DNA of 64,000 nt from Octopus sinensis (GCF_006345805.1 NC_043023.1:16802001-16866000), one strand, 5' to 3'; positions 49,435-63,467 are shown, numbered from the stretch's first letter. A program made the numbers and translations. Notes: generated from the letters alone by a model not told the origin.

Positions 49435-50067
49435 CTAGCAGTATCGCCCGGCGTTGCTCGGGTTTGTAAGGGAAATAACTATATAAGCATTTTTAGAGTT
49501 ATAGCCAAAAAATAGCAAAAAATGCATTAAAAATGGAAAAAATATGATGGTAATTTTTTTTTTAAATCGTTGACTCATCGTAGACATTTTTAGAGAGTTA
49601 CTTCCCTTATATAATAGCGAAAAAATGCATTAAAATGGAAAAAAACGATGGTAAATTTATTTTTAAAATCGTAGACTCATGTAGACGCTTTCTTAGCCAT
49701 TTCTGTTTTGGTGTCTTCAAGCCATGAAGTCGTTGTTCTAAAAGAACGCTGGTCTCCTTGACAACGCATTACGACGTTGATTTCCTTACACTCCCTTCCC
49801 CACAGGTGCAGGTGTGAGCGTGGACGCCAACTCCGCCGCCATCGACACACGAAAAATTATGCATTAAAATGGAATAAAAAATGATGTGAAATTATTTTTA
49901 AATCGTAGACTCATCGTAGACGCGCGCTAATACTCAGACGGGCTCGATATGAATCACGACTATAAGCTACCCGAATTGGTTAAACTGCACCGCAAAATGT
50001 GGGAGTAGTTAGGAATCTAAATCGAAGGGGACAGACACTCACACAACTACAGTTTTATATATATAGA
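49435..50067 (-). mobile_element. Non-autonomous Helitron (subtype 1, long)
   Basis: Same termini, interior shared with 34576-35076. Confidence 0.8.
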
Positions 50068-50162
50068 CATACATAGCGCAGTAGTGGTGAGATGTGACAG
50101 CAAAGAAAAGCATACATTCACTCTCTGCATGCAATTAGACTCGGAAAGTTCGTGAGGAACCC

Positions 50163-50262
50163 NNNNNNNNNNNNNNNNNNNNNNNNNNNNNNNNNNNNNN
50201 NNNNNNNNNNNNNNNNNNNNNNNNNNNNNNNNNNNNNNNNNNNNNNNNNNNNNNNNNNNNNN
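50163..50262. other. Assembly gap (100 N)
   Basis: Exactly 100 Ns, typical placeholder for a gap of unknown size. Confidence 0.99.
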
Positions 50263-50476
50263 GACGTGGAACAAATATAGTATTATTGGATGCTCAGGAA
50301 AGAAGGAAAGAAGGAAAGTTAAACGTTCGAGCGAGCCTCTGTCGGGCGGAACATAGGAGAAGGAGATCCAGAGATATATATGTTAGAAGTATTGGGGGTA
50401 TGTACAGATTTAATACATATGAAAGAAAAAAGGTATCAGAATGCTGGCTGGTTGTATATATATATATATATACATA

Positions 50477-50844
50477 TCTATATATAAACGGCAGTTTGTC
50501 TGTGTGTGTTTCTGTGTGTCTGTTAGGTTGTACCCTCACCCTGACCACGGCTTTCAACCGATTCTGATGAAACTTGACACACACATAGCCCAATCTCATA
50601 ATTCAAAACTAACGCAGCGAAAATTTTGAAAAGTTCCCCCAGTTCTGAAAAAAATCGATAAATTCGACATGGGGTCGAGAATCAGAAACACAAACCACAG
50701 ACTGTCTAGGGGACGCAACTCGACCTTTTTAACTAAAAAAAAAATTTACCATCATTTTTATTCCATTTTTTGGCTATAACTCTCTAAAAATGCTTTATAG
50801 TTATTTCCCTTACAAACCCGAGCAACGCCGGGCGATACTGCTAG
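50477..50844 (+). mobile_element. Non-autonomous Helitron (subtype 2, duplicate)
   Basis: A|TC start and hairpin-CTAG|T end. Confidence 0.8.
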
Positions 50845-51136
50845 TATATATATATATATATGGGGTCTATACATTTGCTAAAAATTTCAAGGTGGTGCCC
50901 CAGCATGGTCGCAGTGAAAAGATAAAAAATTTTGCTGAAAGTAACACATGCACTGGTTAGCTGCCACTTCATTATTATTTGTCAACTGGTTAATTGTCCA
51001 ACAAACTTATCAATTATTTGCTTAACTTGCTAATTGATATTGGCGAAATAACTCACTGTAGACACAACAAAATTTGTTTGAACACACTAATTCACATAAT
51101 TTTGCAACTCGGATACAAAAAACTAAGTATAGTAAT

Positions 51137-51172
<36 letters not shown>

Positions 51173-51413
51173 CACTTTACTCTTTACTTTTTTACTCTTT
51201 TACTTGTTTCAGTCATGTGACTGCAGCCATGCTGGAGCACCGCCTTTTTAGTCTAGCAAATCGACCCCAAGACTTATTCTTTGCAAGCCTAGTACTTATT
51301 CTCTTGGTCTCATTTGCCGAACCGCTAAGTAACGGGGATGTAAACACACCAGCATCGGTTGTCAAGCGATGTTGGGGGGAACAAACACAGACACACAAAC
51401 ACACATACACACA

Positions 51414-51450
<37 letters not shown>

Positions 51451-51712
51451 TATATATATATATATATATATGACGTTCTTCTTTCAGTTTCCGTCTACCA
51501 AATCCACTCACAAGGCTTGGTCGGCCCCAAGGCTATAGTAGAAGACACTTGCCCAAGGTGCCACGCAGTGGGACTGAAACCAGAACCGTATGGTTGGTAA
51601 GCAAGATACTTACCACACAGCCACTCCTACGCCTATATATATAAGTTCTATTTACTTATATATAATTCTTCCATGGGTGCAAGTAAGTATCTCATTTATT
51701 TCCTTATCGTAT

Positions 51713-51774
51713 TTATCGCTGATGAAGAGAAAATTCTAATTGAATTAACTCAGAAATTGGAACCGATCCGGTAA
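51713..51774 (+). ncRNA. Duplicate of the hammerhead-like motif at 31759
   Basis: Identical sequence in unit B. Confidence 0.5.
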
Positions 51775-54522
51775 TAACGAAATTTTTTAGCAATTTCTAT
51801 CGGCTTGCTTTCGAGACGCGAGCTTATAGTGATAAATTATATGGTTATTGACGAATAAGTCTATTTCGGTATATGGCATTAGAGTTTTTTTCTTTTGCCC
51901 TTGTTTATAAGTTGTTTATAAAATTTAACCTTTAAAGGTATTTTCTTAATATGCTGGCCATTGATAAAATTTTTTCGAAAATTTTTATCCTATATTAGAT
52001 ATTTATATATACTCTTTTACTCTTTTACTTGTTTCAGTCATTTGACTGCAGCCATGCTGGAGCACCGCCTTTAGTCGAGCAAATCGACCCCGGGACTTAT
52101 TCTTTGTAAGCCCAGTACTTATTCTATCGGTCTCTTTTGCCGAACCGCTAAGTGACGGGGACGTAAACACACCAGCATCGGTTGTCAAGCAATGCTAGGG
52201 GGACAAACACAGACACACAAAAATATATATATACATATATATGACAGGCTTCTCTCAGTTTCTGGCTACCAAATCCACTCACAATGCTTTGGTCGGCCTG
52301 AGGCTATAGTAGAAGACACTTGCCTAAGGTGCCATGCAGTGGGACTGAACCCAGAACCATGTGGTTTGTAAGCAAGCTACTTACCACACAGCCACTCTTG
52401 CGCCTATATACGATGGGCTTCTTTCAGTTTCCATCTACCAAATCCACTCACAAGGCTTTGGTCGGCCTGAGGCTATAGTAGAAGACACCTGCCCAAGGTG
52501 CCACGCAGTGGGACTGAACCCGAAACCATGTGGTTTGTAAGCAAGCTACTTACCACACAGCCACTCTTGCGCCTATATACGATGGGCTTCTTTCAGTTTC
52601 CATCTACGAAATCCACTCACAAGGATTTGGTCGGCCCGAGGCTATAGTAGAAGACACCTGCCCAAGATGCCACGGAGTGGGACTGAACCCGAAACCATGT
52701 GGTTGGTTAGCAAGCTACTTACCACACAGCCACTCCTGCGCCTATAATATATACGACAGGCTTCTTTCAGTTTCCGTCTACCAAATCCACTCACTAGGCA
52801 TCGGTCAGCCCGAGGCTATAGTAGAAGACACCTGCCCTAGGTGCCATGCAGTGGGACTGAACCCTGAACCATGTGGTTGGCAAGCAAGCTACTTACCACA
52901 CAGCCACTCTGCGCCTATATACGATGGGCTTCTTTCAGTTTCCATCTACCAAATCCACTCACAAGGATTTGGTCGGCCCGAGGCTATAGTAGAAGACACC
53001 TGCCCTAGGTGCCACGCAGTGGGACTGAACCCGAAACCATGTGGTTGGTGAGCAAGCTACTTACCACACAGCCACTCCTGTGCCTTATATATATATATAT
53101 AAATAAAAATTTTAAAACAAAAAATGAAACTTCTTCCAGAAACCTCATTCCTCTTGTTTATTACCCAGAAATACTAAAACATGAAGCAAAAACGACTCAA
53201 TCCCTTGCTCTTTTCATCCCCCATGAGGCGGCGATAGCTATTATAGAAATCTACCATACAGGTTAATATATATCTGCCAGGGGTCACTTAACATAATGGT
53301 AGAGTGCTTAACCAGTGTTTAAGAAGTACAGGGTTCGACTCTCTGTAGAGCATGCTGGTCACACTCTTTTGGTCTGTTTGACATGATGTAATATGTACAA
53401 GGACTTCATCATATTCCAGTGTCTGCTGAGGCATGGTTTCTATGGTGCTATGCCTTACCTAATGCCAGAATGGACTGGATGCTTTTTATGTGGCACCAAC
53501 ACCAGTGGGGTTTGCTTTGGCATGGTTTCTTATTTCTTTATTGCCCACAAGGGGCTAGACATAGAGGGGACAAACAAGGACGGACAAACGGATTAAGTCG
53601 ATTACATCGACCCCAGTGCGTAACTGGTACTTTATTTATTGACCCCGAAAGGATGAAAGACAAAGTCGACCTCGGCAGAATTTGAACTCAGAACGTAATG
53701 ACAGACGAAATACCTATTTCTTTACAACCCACAAGGGGGCTAAACATAGAGGGGGCTAAACATAAAGGGACAAACAAGGACAGACAAAGGGATTAAGTCG
53801 ATTAGATCGACCCCAGTGCGTAACTGGTACTTTATTTATCGACCCCGAAAGGATGAAAGGCAAAGTCGACCTCGGTGGAATTTGAACTCAGAACGTAACG
53901 ACAGACGAAATACCTATTTCTTTATTACCCACAAGGGGCTAAACATAGAGGGGACAAACAAGGACAGACAAAGGGATGAAGTCAATTACATCGACCCCAG
54001 TGCATAACAGGTACTTTATTTATTGACCCAGAAAGGATGAAAGGCAAAGTCAACCTCGGCGGAATTTGAACTCAGAACGTAACGGCAGATGAAATACCGC
54101 TAAGCATTTCGCCTGGAGTGCTAACGTTTCTGCCAGTTTGTCACCTTAGCATGGTTTCTATGGATGGATGATCTTCCCGATGCCAACCACTTCACAGAGT
54201 GCAGTGAGCGCTTTTTTGAGATCACCACTATTGAGGTCAACATGCATCTTGCTGATGAACCCTGTATAATGAAGGTATGTCAGATTCTATCCGGCGGCGA
54301 GCTGGCAGAATCGTTAGCACGCCGGGCGAAATGCGTAGCCGTATTTCGACTGTCATTACGTTCTGAGTTCAAATTCCGCCGAGGTCGACTTTGCCTTTCA
54401 TCCTTTCGGGGTCGATTAAATAAAGTACCAGTTTCGCACTGGGGTCGATATAATCGACTTAATCCCTTTGTCCTTGTTTGTCTCCTCTGTGTTTAGCCCC
54501 TTGTGGGTAATAAAGAAATATA

Positions 54523-55028
54523 TCTATATATATAAAACTCTAGTTGTGTGAGTGTCTGTCCCCTTCGATTTAGATTCCTAACTCCTCCCACATTTTGCGG
54601 TGCAGTTTAACCAAATTCGGGTATCTTATAGTCGTGATTCATTTCGAGCCCGTCTGACTATTAGCGCGGTCAACGATGACTCTACGATTTTAAAAATAAT
54701 TTAACATCATTTTTTTTCCATTTTAATGCATAAAATGCATCGTGTGTCGATGGCGGCGGAGTTGTTGGGTCCACGCTCACAGCTGCACCTGTTTGCTTCT
54801 CCCCCTTCCCTCCCTCGTGAAGCTGTGGGGAAGGGAGTGTAAAGAAATCAACGTCGTAATGCGTTGTGAAGGAAACCAGCGTTCTTTTAGAACAACGACT
54901 TCATGGCTTGAAGACACCAAAACAAAAATGGCTAAGAAAGCCCGAATTTATAAGGGAAGTAACTCTCTAAAAATGCTTATATAGTTATTTCCCTTACAAA
55001 CCCGAGCAACGCCGGGCGATACTGCTAG
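54523..55028 (+). mobile_element. Non-autonomous Helitron (subtype 1, duplicate)
   Basis: A|TC...hairpin-CTAG|T. Confidence 0.8.
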
Positions 55029-55994
55029 TATATATATAAATGTGTCTAATAAATGTTATGTTCCCATTAAATCAGGGTTGTTCACCAAATGCTCTTTGCT
55101 TCTTTTTTTTTTGTCTTTCAGATTTGACGATCGACCGAACAAGGAACAAATGTTGGTGGATTAATAGCCATTTCCTCTGTCCTGTAAAATAACCCACAAC
55201 CAATTAAGGATGTAAATTGTGGCTCAAATGAAATATTTAATGATGAAAGGGATGGAAGATCGACCCTGAAATATGTAACTCACCTTATTTTACCCCCAAG
55301 ACATTAGTATTTACCTTAATATTACATAATTACCACACGATATAATTTAATTATCTGCGCTAATTACTAACATACAAATCAAGCGGTGCTGTTGACAATT
55401 TGCCGTCACCGAATGACTCCGGTGACATTAGTTACAAGTCCCTAATATAAATTTAACTCATTCGCGGAGTGGTTGGCGTTAGGAAGGGCATCCAGCCGTA
55501 GAAACACTGCCAGATCAGACTGGGCCTGATGCAGCCTTCTGGCTTCACAGACCCCAGTTGAACCGTCCAACCCATGCCAGCATGGAAAGCAGACGCTAAA
55601 TGATGATGATGATGATGATGATGATGATATATATATATATATATTCCGATTCAATAACAGAATTTACAAACTCTGTGCTTGGAATGACCAATCATAAATA
55701 CTACTGGAACTTAATCACAAGGTACAGGAATCTTATATGTATACCATTCTGCCTAAATAATAGAACTTAAGATACAATATCCCTGCATATCTCATGTCTA
55801 TTTTCATTCCTCCACTTCACTCTCTATTTCGTATCTTATCTAAATTAACTATGACTTAACCATTTTCTCACACCGTCTCAATGAAGGGATATAATAAATA
55901 TCCTTGAAACAGCTGTAAGACCTTCTATTTATAAATGTTCTGAAATCTTTACACCCATAGATTTTTATCTCACTCTGTTAATTTATATATATAG

Positions 55995-56712
55995 TCCGAG
56001 AAGGGACTTTGCACCAGCCACAGATCTGGTCAGTGGCTCTCAGCAGGTTGTCCCTTAGAAACGTCCAGTTGCCCTCTACCCCATGTGATACTCTATCCCC
56101 TTCTACTTCGTCAAAGGCTTCAAGTAGCTTGTCCCTAAATCTCTGTCCATTCGCAGGATCCTTAAGCTTCCAGATCCTTCTTCTCCATGTTGGTCGTCTT
56201 CTGGTTGTCCTCCTAGTCCTGATCCTAAAGTCACTAACTACCAGTCTATGTTGTGGGGTACATTCTTCGCCTGGGAAGGTTTTGGCATTTATAAGTAGCC
56301 ATCTCTCCCTTTGCCTGGCAAAGATGTAGTCAATTTGGCTGGTATGATGGCCCGATCGGTTGGTGACTAGGTGGCTGGTAGGTTTCCTGAAGTTAGTATT
56401 GCAAATCATAAGATTATTTGCATCGCAGAACTCCAGCAGCCTGGTTCCCTCCTCGTTGCGGGAACCATAACCATAGCCTCCATGTATGCCATGGAAGCCC
56501 CCAGCATGTCGTCCAACGTGACCATTGAAGTCACCAGCCACAAAGAGAAGGTCTCTGTCGTTCGTCAACGAGGTAGTCTGCAGTAGAGTGTCATAGAATC
56601 GGTCTTTCTGTCCATCGGGTAACCCCGGCTGAGGAGCATAGGCCGATACAATGGTTGCTAATCCATGATGAAGCACTAATCTAATCTTAAGTATTCTGTC
56701 ACATACTCTGAT
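55995..56712 (-). mobile_element. RTE-clade LINE fragment: apurinic-type endonuclease domain
   Basis: IVSAYAPQ, VAGDFNGHVG, NEEGTRLLEFC, SQIDYI, QHRLVV motifs; flanked by (TA)n. Confidence 0.88.
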
Positions 56713-56916
56713 ATATATATATATATATAAAATTAGAGATAAAACCACTATTAGGCAAATCAAACAGTGAAAATCATAAACCAATACATAGAAATAAAAT
56801 TAATTAATAAAAGATATATAAAATATAAAAATCAAATTTAAATTATTTAAATATAAAGTTAAAATTTAAAAAATTATTTAAATTAATAATTTATACTTAT
56901 AAATTGTTATATATTC

Positions 56917-56962
<46 letters not shown>

Positions 56963-57056
56963 TATTTATTTATACTATATATATTTATACCATAAAATTA
57001 GATTTAATCCTAAATCTAATTTTTCCTGGTAAGTTTGGATTTACTTCCTAATATCA

Positions 57057-57091
<35 letters not shown>

Positions 57092-57708
57092 GTTTAAGGG
57101 ATTGAGATTCAAGTGAATTCTAATGAATTCACATGAATATGGTCCTTAACTAGGATGCACCGGAAATCTATATGGTGTTAACCATACGACAAGTGGGGTG
57201 ATTACAAATAGGAAAAAAGCAACAAGAATGGATTAAAATCTCGGTACAATTGTTCGTACGAGGACATCTTTAATAAGCTTATTTTGTAGCTTATTAAAGA
57301 TGTCCTCGTACGAAACAATTGTACCGATATTTTAATCCATTCTTGTTGCTTTTTTCCTATATATATATATATGTATTTGTTTGTTCCTTTTCGAGCCATG
57401 CCTGGCTCATAAGGGCCAGTTTCCCGGTTTCCTTGGCGTATAGGTCCCCCACCTGGACGAGACACCGGTCTGTCACAGGTGAGCTGCAAGATGCAGGAGG
57501 AAAGAGTGAGAGAAAGTTGTGGCGAAAGAGTCAGCAGAAGTTTCACCATTACCTTCTGCCAGAACCACGTGGAGCTTATAAACACACATCTCCCGGTCAG
57601 AGATTCAAACCCGCGATCCCTCGATCGCGAGTCTGCTGCTCTAACCACTAGACCTCCACATGAGATGGCATACATACATATATATATGTATGTATGTATA
57701 TATGTGTG

Positions 57709-57740
<32 letters not shown>

Positions 57741-57989
57741 TGTATGTATGTATGTATGTATGTATGTATGTATGGCAGCAGTATAGGGTATTAATAGTTA
57801 TCGCCAAGCTAGCATGGCAGTCCAGAAAAATAGGACGAATGCTGCTGGTGATTAGCTCTAAGAGGCCATTGCCTCCAGCTAGCTATGTGACACACAAGCC
57901 TGTGTCCATTACAATAAGATAATAACTTTACTTATCAAAAAATGCTATGAGGATAAAAATAAACCTTCTTCTCTGTAATGTTATTCAAT

Positions 57990-59430
57990 GAAGCAACCTT
58001 CAGCTTCAACAATTGCTTCTATATGAGATCTAAATCATCTACATGCTTGAATCAAGTGGTTCCTGGTTCATTTTGGACATTACTCTGACTGTGGCAGCTT
58101 TCAAAGAATCTTTAGTGTTATGGGTGTGCTCATTGACCTCTCTCTCAACAACACTCCACATGTAAGAGTCCAATGGATTGAGATCTGGAGAATTAGGAGG
58201 CGAAATGTTAGGGGTTATGTGATCATGAAAATTTCCACCCACCCACCCATTCTTGTATTACTAAAGCCATGTGTGATAGTGCAGAGTCTTACTGAAACAC
58301 TTATGGCCTTCCATTGCATACACTGTCTATCCAGGGTTTAACAATTATTTCCAGGACCTCAGTATAGGAGGCAGAGTTAACTCTAAGGCCTTGTGGAAAG
58401 AAGTAAGGAGGCTTCACATGTCCTTCATTGCTGACAACCCATAAAACCATGACAGTTGCAGGAAATTTGGAACTTCAGAAGGGTCTGCACATAACCATCT
58501 GTCATTTCTTCTGTTAAGTTTTTGACCTTGGTCGAAGATTTTCTCACTTAAGGCCCCCCCCAAAAAAAAAACAAATCAAACCTTCTGCTGGATTTTTCAA
58601 TTTAAGAGCCTTTTAGATCTGATGTACAGATTTTGTTTTGTTTTTTTTTTCTGACAAATTGACCCTTCCTCATCATATAAGACCCTTCCTCATCTGATGT
58701 CTTCGTGGACGACATCTCTGACTGTTCATTCTGACACATGCAGATCCTTTGCAATTGACCTCATGGACTTTCTGGAATTGTAATCAATGGTCTGTTGAAC
58801 TTACGAGATAAATTCAGGTGTTCTGATGATTTCAGAGTGTTTAGAATGCTTTTTATGCTTTGACTAGCAGTATCGCCCGGCGTTGCTCAGGTTTGTAAGG
58901 GAAATAACTATAAAGCATTTTTAGAGAGTTATAGCCCAAAAATAGCAAAAAAATGGGAAAAAATGATGGTAAATTTTTTTTTGAGAGTTAAAAAAGGATG
59001 GAGTTGCGTCCCCTAGACAGTTTGTGGTTCGTGTTTCTGATTCTCGACCCCATGTCGAATTTTCGATTTTTCAGAACTGGGGAAACTTTTCAAAATTTTG
59101 GCTGCGTTAGTTTTGAATTATGACATTGGGCTATGTGTGTGTCAAGTTTCATCAGAATCGTTGAAAGCCGTGGTCGGGGTGAAGGTACAAGCAAACAGAC
59201 ACACAGAAACACGCACAGACAAACTTCCGTTTATATAGTGAGAGATACTGGTGATACGTTCCATCTTCAGTCTCTAGTTCCTTACAAAATTTGTAGACGA
59301 AAGATCTGGCAACTTTTAAAAATCGAGATATTTCTAAATCGCTATGCTCAGCCTTTATAACCCCAATAACGGCATGCCTCTTCATTTCTTGAATAAGCTG
59401 AGGGTCTGCCATTATTATTTTCTGAAACGA
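57990..59430 (-). mobile_element. Fossil Tc1/mariner-superfamily transposase, DD37D (maT-like), interrupted by a Helitron
   Basis: N-terminus MKRHAVIGVIKAEHSDLEISRFLKVARSFV (59412-59250); NRRNDRWLC; F(Q)DSA followed by SPDLNPLD with 37 residues between the 2nd and 3rd Asp; several stops and indels. Confidence 0.8.
58864..59245 (-). mobile_element. Non-autonomous Helitron (subtype 2) inserted in the DD37D fossil
   Basis: A|CTAG...GA|T; transposase homology resumes on both sides with no target duplication. Confidence 0.82.
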
Positions 59431-59929
59431 AGATTATATAGGATCAGCAAAAAAAAAAAAAAATGCAGAAATGACTCAAAAAAGGTATGTCCTCATATAC
59501 CTATTTCTTTACTACCCACAAGGAGCTAAACACAGAGGGGACAAACAAGAACAGACAAAGGGAATAAGTCAATTATATCGCCCCCAGTGTGTAAGTGGTA
59601 CTTATTGATCGACCCCGAAAGGGTGAAAGGCAAAGTCGACCTCAACGGAATTTGAACTCAGAACCTAGCGGCAGACGAAATCCGCTAAGCATTCACCCGG
59701 CGTCTTAACGATTCTGCCAGCCTTTTTCTGTCCTCTCAGCAGTTTCCCTTAATCATGGTAATGTTGACGAAACCAAGGTTAAGTATTCTGTATCGCCAAT
59801 GTCATCTGATATTCTGGAATAACAGAGAACAGGACACAGACTAATGAGTAAACAGAAAAAAATTGCGATTCAGCAAGAATTTTGGTCTCTTGAAATGACG
59901 CAAGTACTTTTTCTTTAAGTCTCTTTTTT

Positions 59930-60422
59930 CACTGGTTCCGGGTTCAGTCCCACTGCGTGGCACCTTGAGCAAGTGTCTTCTACTATAACCTCTGGCAGAC
60001 CAAAGGCTTGTGAGTGGATTTGGTAGACAGAAACTGAAAGAAACCCGTCATATATATGTATATATATGTAAATATATATAGGCGTAGGAGTGGCTGTCTG
60101 GTAAGTAGTTCGCTTACCAACCATATGGTTGCGGGTTCAGTCCCACTGCGTAGCACCTTGAGCAAGTGTCTTCTACTATAGCCTCTGGCAGACCAAAGCC
60201 TTGTGAGTGGATTTGGTAGACGGAAACTGAAAGAAGCCCGTCGTATATATGTATATATGTAGGCGTAGGAGTGACAGTGTGGTAAGTAGTTTGCTTACCA
60301 ACTGCATGGTTCCGGGTTCAGTCCCACTGCGTGGAACCTTGGGCAAGTGTCTTCTTCTATAGCTCCGGACCGACCAAAGCCGTGTGAGTGGATTTGGTAG
60401 ACGGAAACTGAAGAAGCCCGTC

Positions 60423-60480
<58 letters not shown>

Positions 60481-60680
60481 GTGTGTGGTATGTGCGTGTG
60501 TTTGTGGTCTGTGTTTGTCCCCCTAGCATTGCTTGACAACCGATGCTGGTGTGTTTATGTCCCGTCAATTAGCGATTCGGCAAAAAGAGACCAATAGAAT
60601 AAGTACTGGGCTTACAAAGAATAAGTCCCGGGGTCGAGTTGCTCGACTAAAGGCGGTGCTCCAGCATGGCCGCAGTCAAA
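59930..60680 (+). repeat. Three tandem SINE-A heads followed by one tail
   Basis: Heads at about 59930, 60081 and 60260; tail 60500-60680. Confidence 0.8.
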
Positions 60681-60738
60681 ATGGTGTGTCTCTTTTGTTG
60701 AACCGCTAAGTTACGAGGCCGTAAATACACCAGCATCG

Positions 60739-60769
<31 letters not shown>

Positions 60770-60772
<3 letters not shown>

Positions 60773-62340
60773 TAAATTAGAGATAAAACCACTATTAGGC
60801 AAATCAAACAATGAAAACTTAAGCCAATACATAAATAATTAATTTATATTATTTTAAATATATCAAAATTATTAAAAGTTTAATAAAAGATAATGAGGAA
60901 AACACTACGATCGTTTCATGGCTGTTCCAATTCGTAATAATTCGAGTTATGGTTACAGTCAATCTTCAGGTGATTGAAATATCTAAAATATAATCAGAAT
61001 ATTTAAACAATATTTTAAGATATAAATAATATAATAATTTTACTTATAATAAACTCTATTATCAAACTAGAAACATAGAACTTAACAATTATGATTATAT
61101 CAAAATCGACTATAATGTTAAATATTAATTTTAATTATAAGGTAGAAACCCACCATAATCTAATTTCGGTATTAGTCAATATCTAATTACATAAATATTT
61201 AAAAATGACTATTATATATAAATTATCAATGAAAATATATAAATGTATATAAATATATAATTAAGATCTAAAATAATCTCTATAAATAAATGTATATGCA
61301 CATATAATAAAAAACTAATAAATTTAATTTTTCATATTTAAAGATGAAATAGCTAATTTCAAAATACAAATAAACTAACTTAAAACGAACTTTCAGAAAT
61401 CTATGTAAAAAACTTTTAGAAATAATCAATTCGTAGTAATATAGTATCGAATAAATACTATAATTACTATAATATATTATGAATGGGAATAATTATCGAA
61501 TATAAATTTAAAGAAAAACTAAGTTATGCTATTAAATTAGACATGGCCTGGACCAATCTTTAGTCGAAACATATCTAAGTTTATCAAAGTTTATCTATTT
61601 AATTATAAATTTAAAACTACAATTAATACTATCAAACATGGATATACAAAAGCCTAAATTAATACACCTCGTATGCTTGCTAGCAAATAACAAATCTATC
61701 GCTAAGTAGTATTTTACCAATAACTTAAATTAATATCTAATGATATAGAAAATTACGATAATTAGATCATACATAAAAACGATATTTACATAAGGAGAAT
61801 ATTATTACTCAAAGACTTATACAATATTAAAAATTTACAATTTGAAGATCTTAAATAAATACATACTTATCTTACCGAGGTTAGCAATGAACTAAAATTT
61901 TGAATCGGAAACGTCTTTAACAGCGTTTATAAGAATACTCGTGGAATTATTGGTATTAGAAAAAAAAAAAAAAGAATAAATTGTTCAGAATTCATTAGGC
62001 GTGAGGAACCTACGTTTTATTAATGATTGTGAATGAGAAAATTATTTGTTTATCATTGTAACTAGAATGAAGTCACAAATAAAGAATAAAATCTCTCTAT
62101 ACTATAAATTTATTAATAAAATAACTATGATAAATGAAACTTAATACAAAATAAATTAATGATTTAAATTATTAAAAACACTAATTATTAAATATATTCT
62201 AAAAATCTTATAAGATTAATAAATATATAAAAATTTATTATATAGTAAACCATCAACATACTATAAAGTCTTTCCCATGCCTTATAATTATAAGCTAAAA
62301 TTAGTGATCATAACAAAATCTGTATAAAAGACTTATCAAA
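60770..62340 (-). mobile_element. Degenerate AT-rich PLE-like remnant
   Basis: Terminus tattaaattagagataaaaccactattaggcaaatc is shared with about 16495, 36810 and 56730; contains a hammerhead; no RT or GIY-YIG peptide recognisable; far boundary uncertain. Confidence 0.4.
60903..60972 (-). ncRNA. Type I hammerhead motif (PLE-type, partly decayed helix II)
   Basis: cac-CTGAAGA-ttgactgt...acagccat-GAAA-cgatcg-TA-gtg. Confidence 0.6.
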
Positions 62341-62956
62341 ATTTGGAGTATAACTAACATATGTATACATAAATATATAAAAAAATATACATACATATAC
62401 TTATATATATGCATATATATATACATATATATATACATATATACATACATATACATACACATATACACATACATACATATATATATATATACACATATAT
62501 ACACACACATACACACATACACATATGCACACTCATACATACATGTACATACATACAATACTCAATATATACACTTACACCTATATATACACACCCACAC
62601 ACATACACATAAATAAATGTATATACAAATTACACCTATATATACACACCCACACACATACACATAAATAAATGTATATACATATACAAATATATACACA
62701 ACACATCATCATATACAAAATATTACATACACACAAAACCAATATATCATATAATAAATACATATAAATGTCTATAATCATACTACAATACAAAAAGAGG
62801 TAAATATTAAGTTATATAAATAATTATTATCTACTAATCTATACTTCTATATTAAATAAGATAGATTAAATAAACAACTAAATAAAACTATTTCAAATAT
62901 AAAGAGATTACATACAAATAGATTATATAACAAAAAATTATAACAAAATATATAAA

Positions 62957-63467
62957 CTAGCAGTATCGCCCGGCGTTGCTCGGGTTTGTAAGGAAATAAC
63001 TATATAAGCATTTTTAGAGAGTTACTTCCTTATAGATGCCAATTCAGGCTTTCTTAGCCATTTCTGTTTTGGTGTCTTCAAGCCATGAAGTCGTTGTTCT
63101 AAAAGAACGCTGGTCTCCTTGACAACGCTTTACGACGTTGATTTCCTTACACTCCCTTCCCACAGCTTCACGAGGGAGGGAAGAAGGGGAGAAGCAAACA
63201 CAGGTGCAGGTGTTTGAGCGTGGACGCCAACTCCGCCGCCATCGACACACGAAAAATTATGCATTAAATGGAATAAAAAATGATGTTAAATTATTTTTAA
63301 TCGTAGACTCATCGTAGACGCGCGCTAATACTCAGACGGGCTCGATATGAATCACGACTATAAGATACCCGAATTTGGTTAAAACTGCACCGCAAAATGT
63401 GGGAGGAGTTAGGAATCTAAATCAAAGGGGACAGACACTCACACAACTAGAGTTTTATATATATAGA
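62957..63467 (-). mobile_element. Non-autonomous Helitron (subtype 1)
   Basis: A|CTAG...tatatataGA|T. Confidence 0.8.

Larger units (their letters stand above)
39246..58863. repeat. Tandem segmental duplication, unit B (contains the gap)
   Basis: See unit A; the middle part 43552-50162 is unrelated to A 26582-30307. Confidence 0.9.

Noticed and set aside
55978-56784. 268-aa ORF as a host gene (CFDP2-like)
   Set aside because: It is an isolated RTE endonuclease fragment between (TA)n tracts with a spurious N-terminus
61880-61925. caatga...GAAAcgTC as a hammerhead
   Set aside because: Core incomplete and no convincing helices
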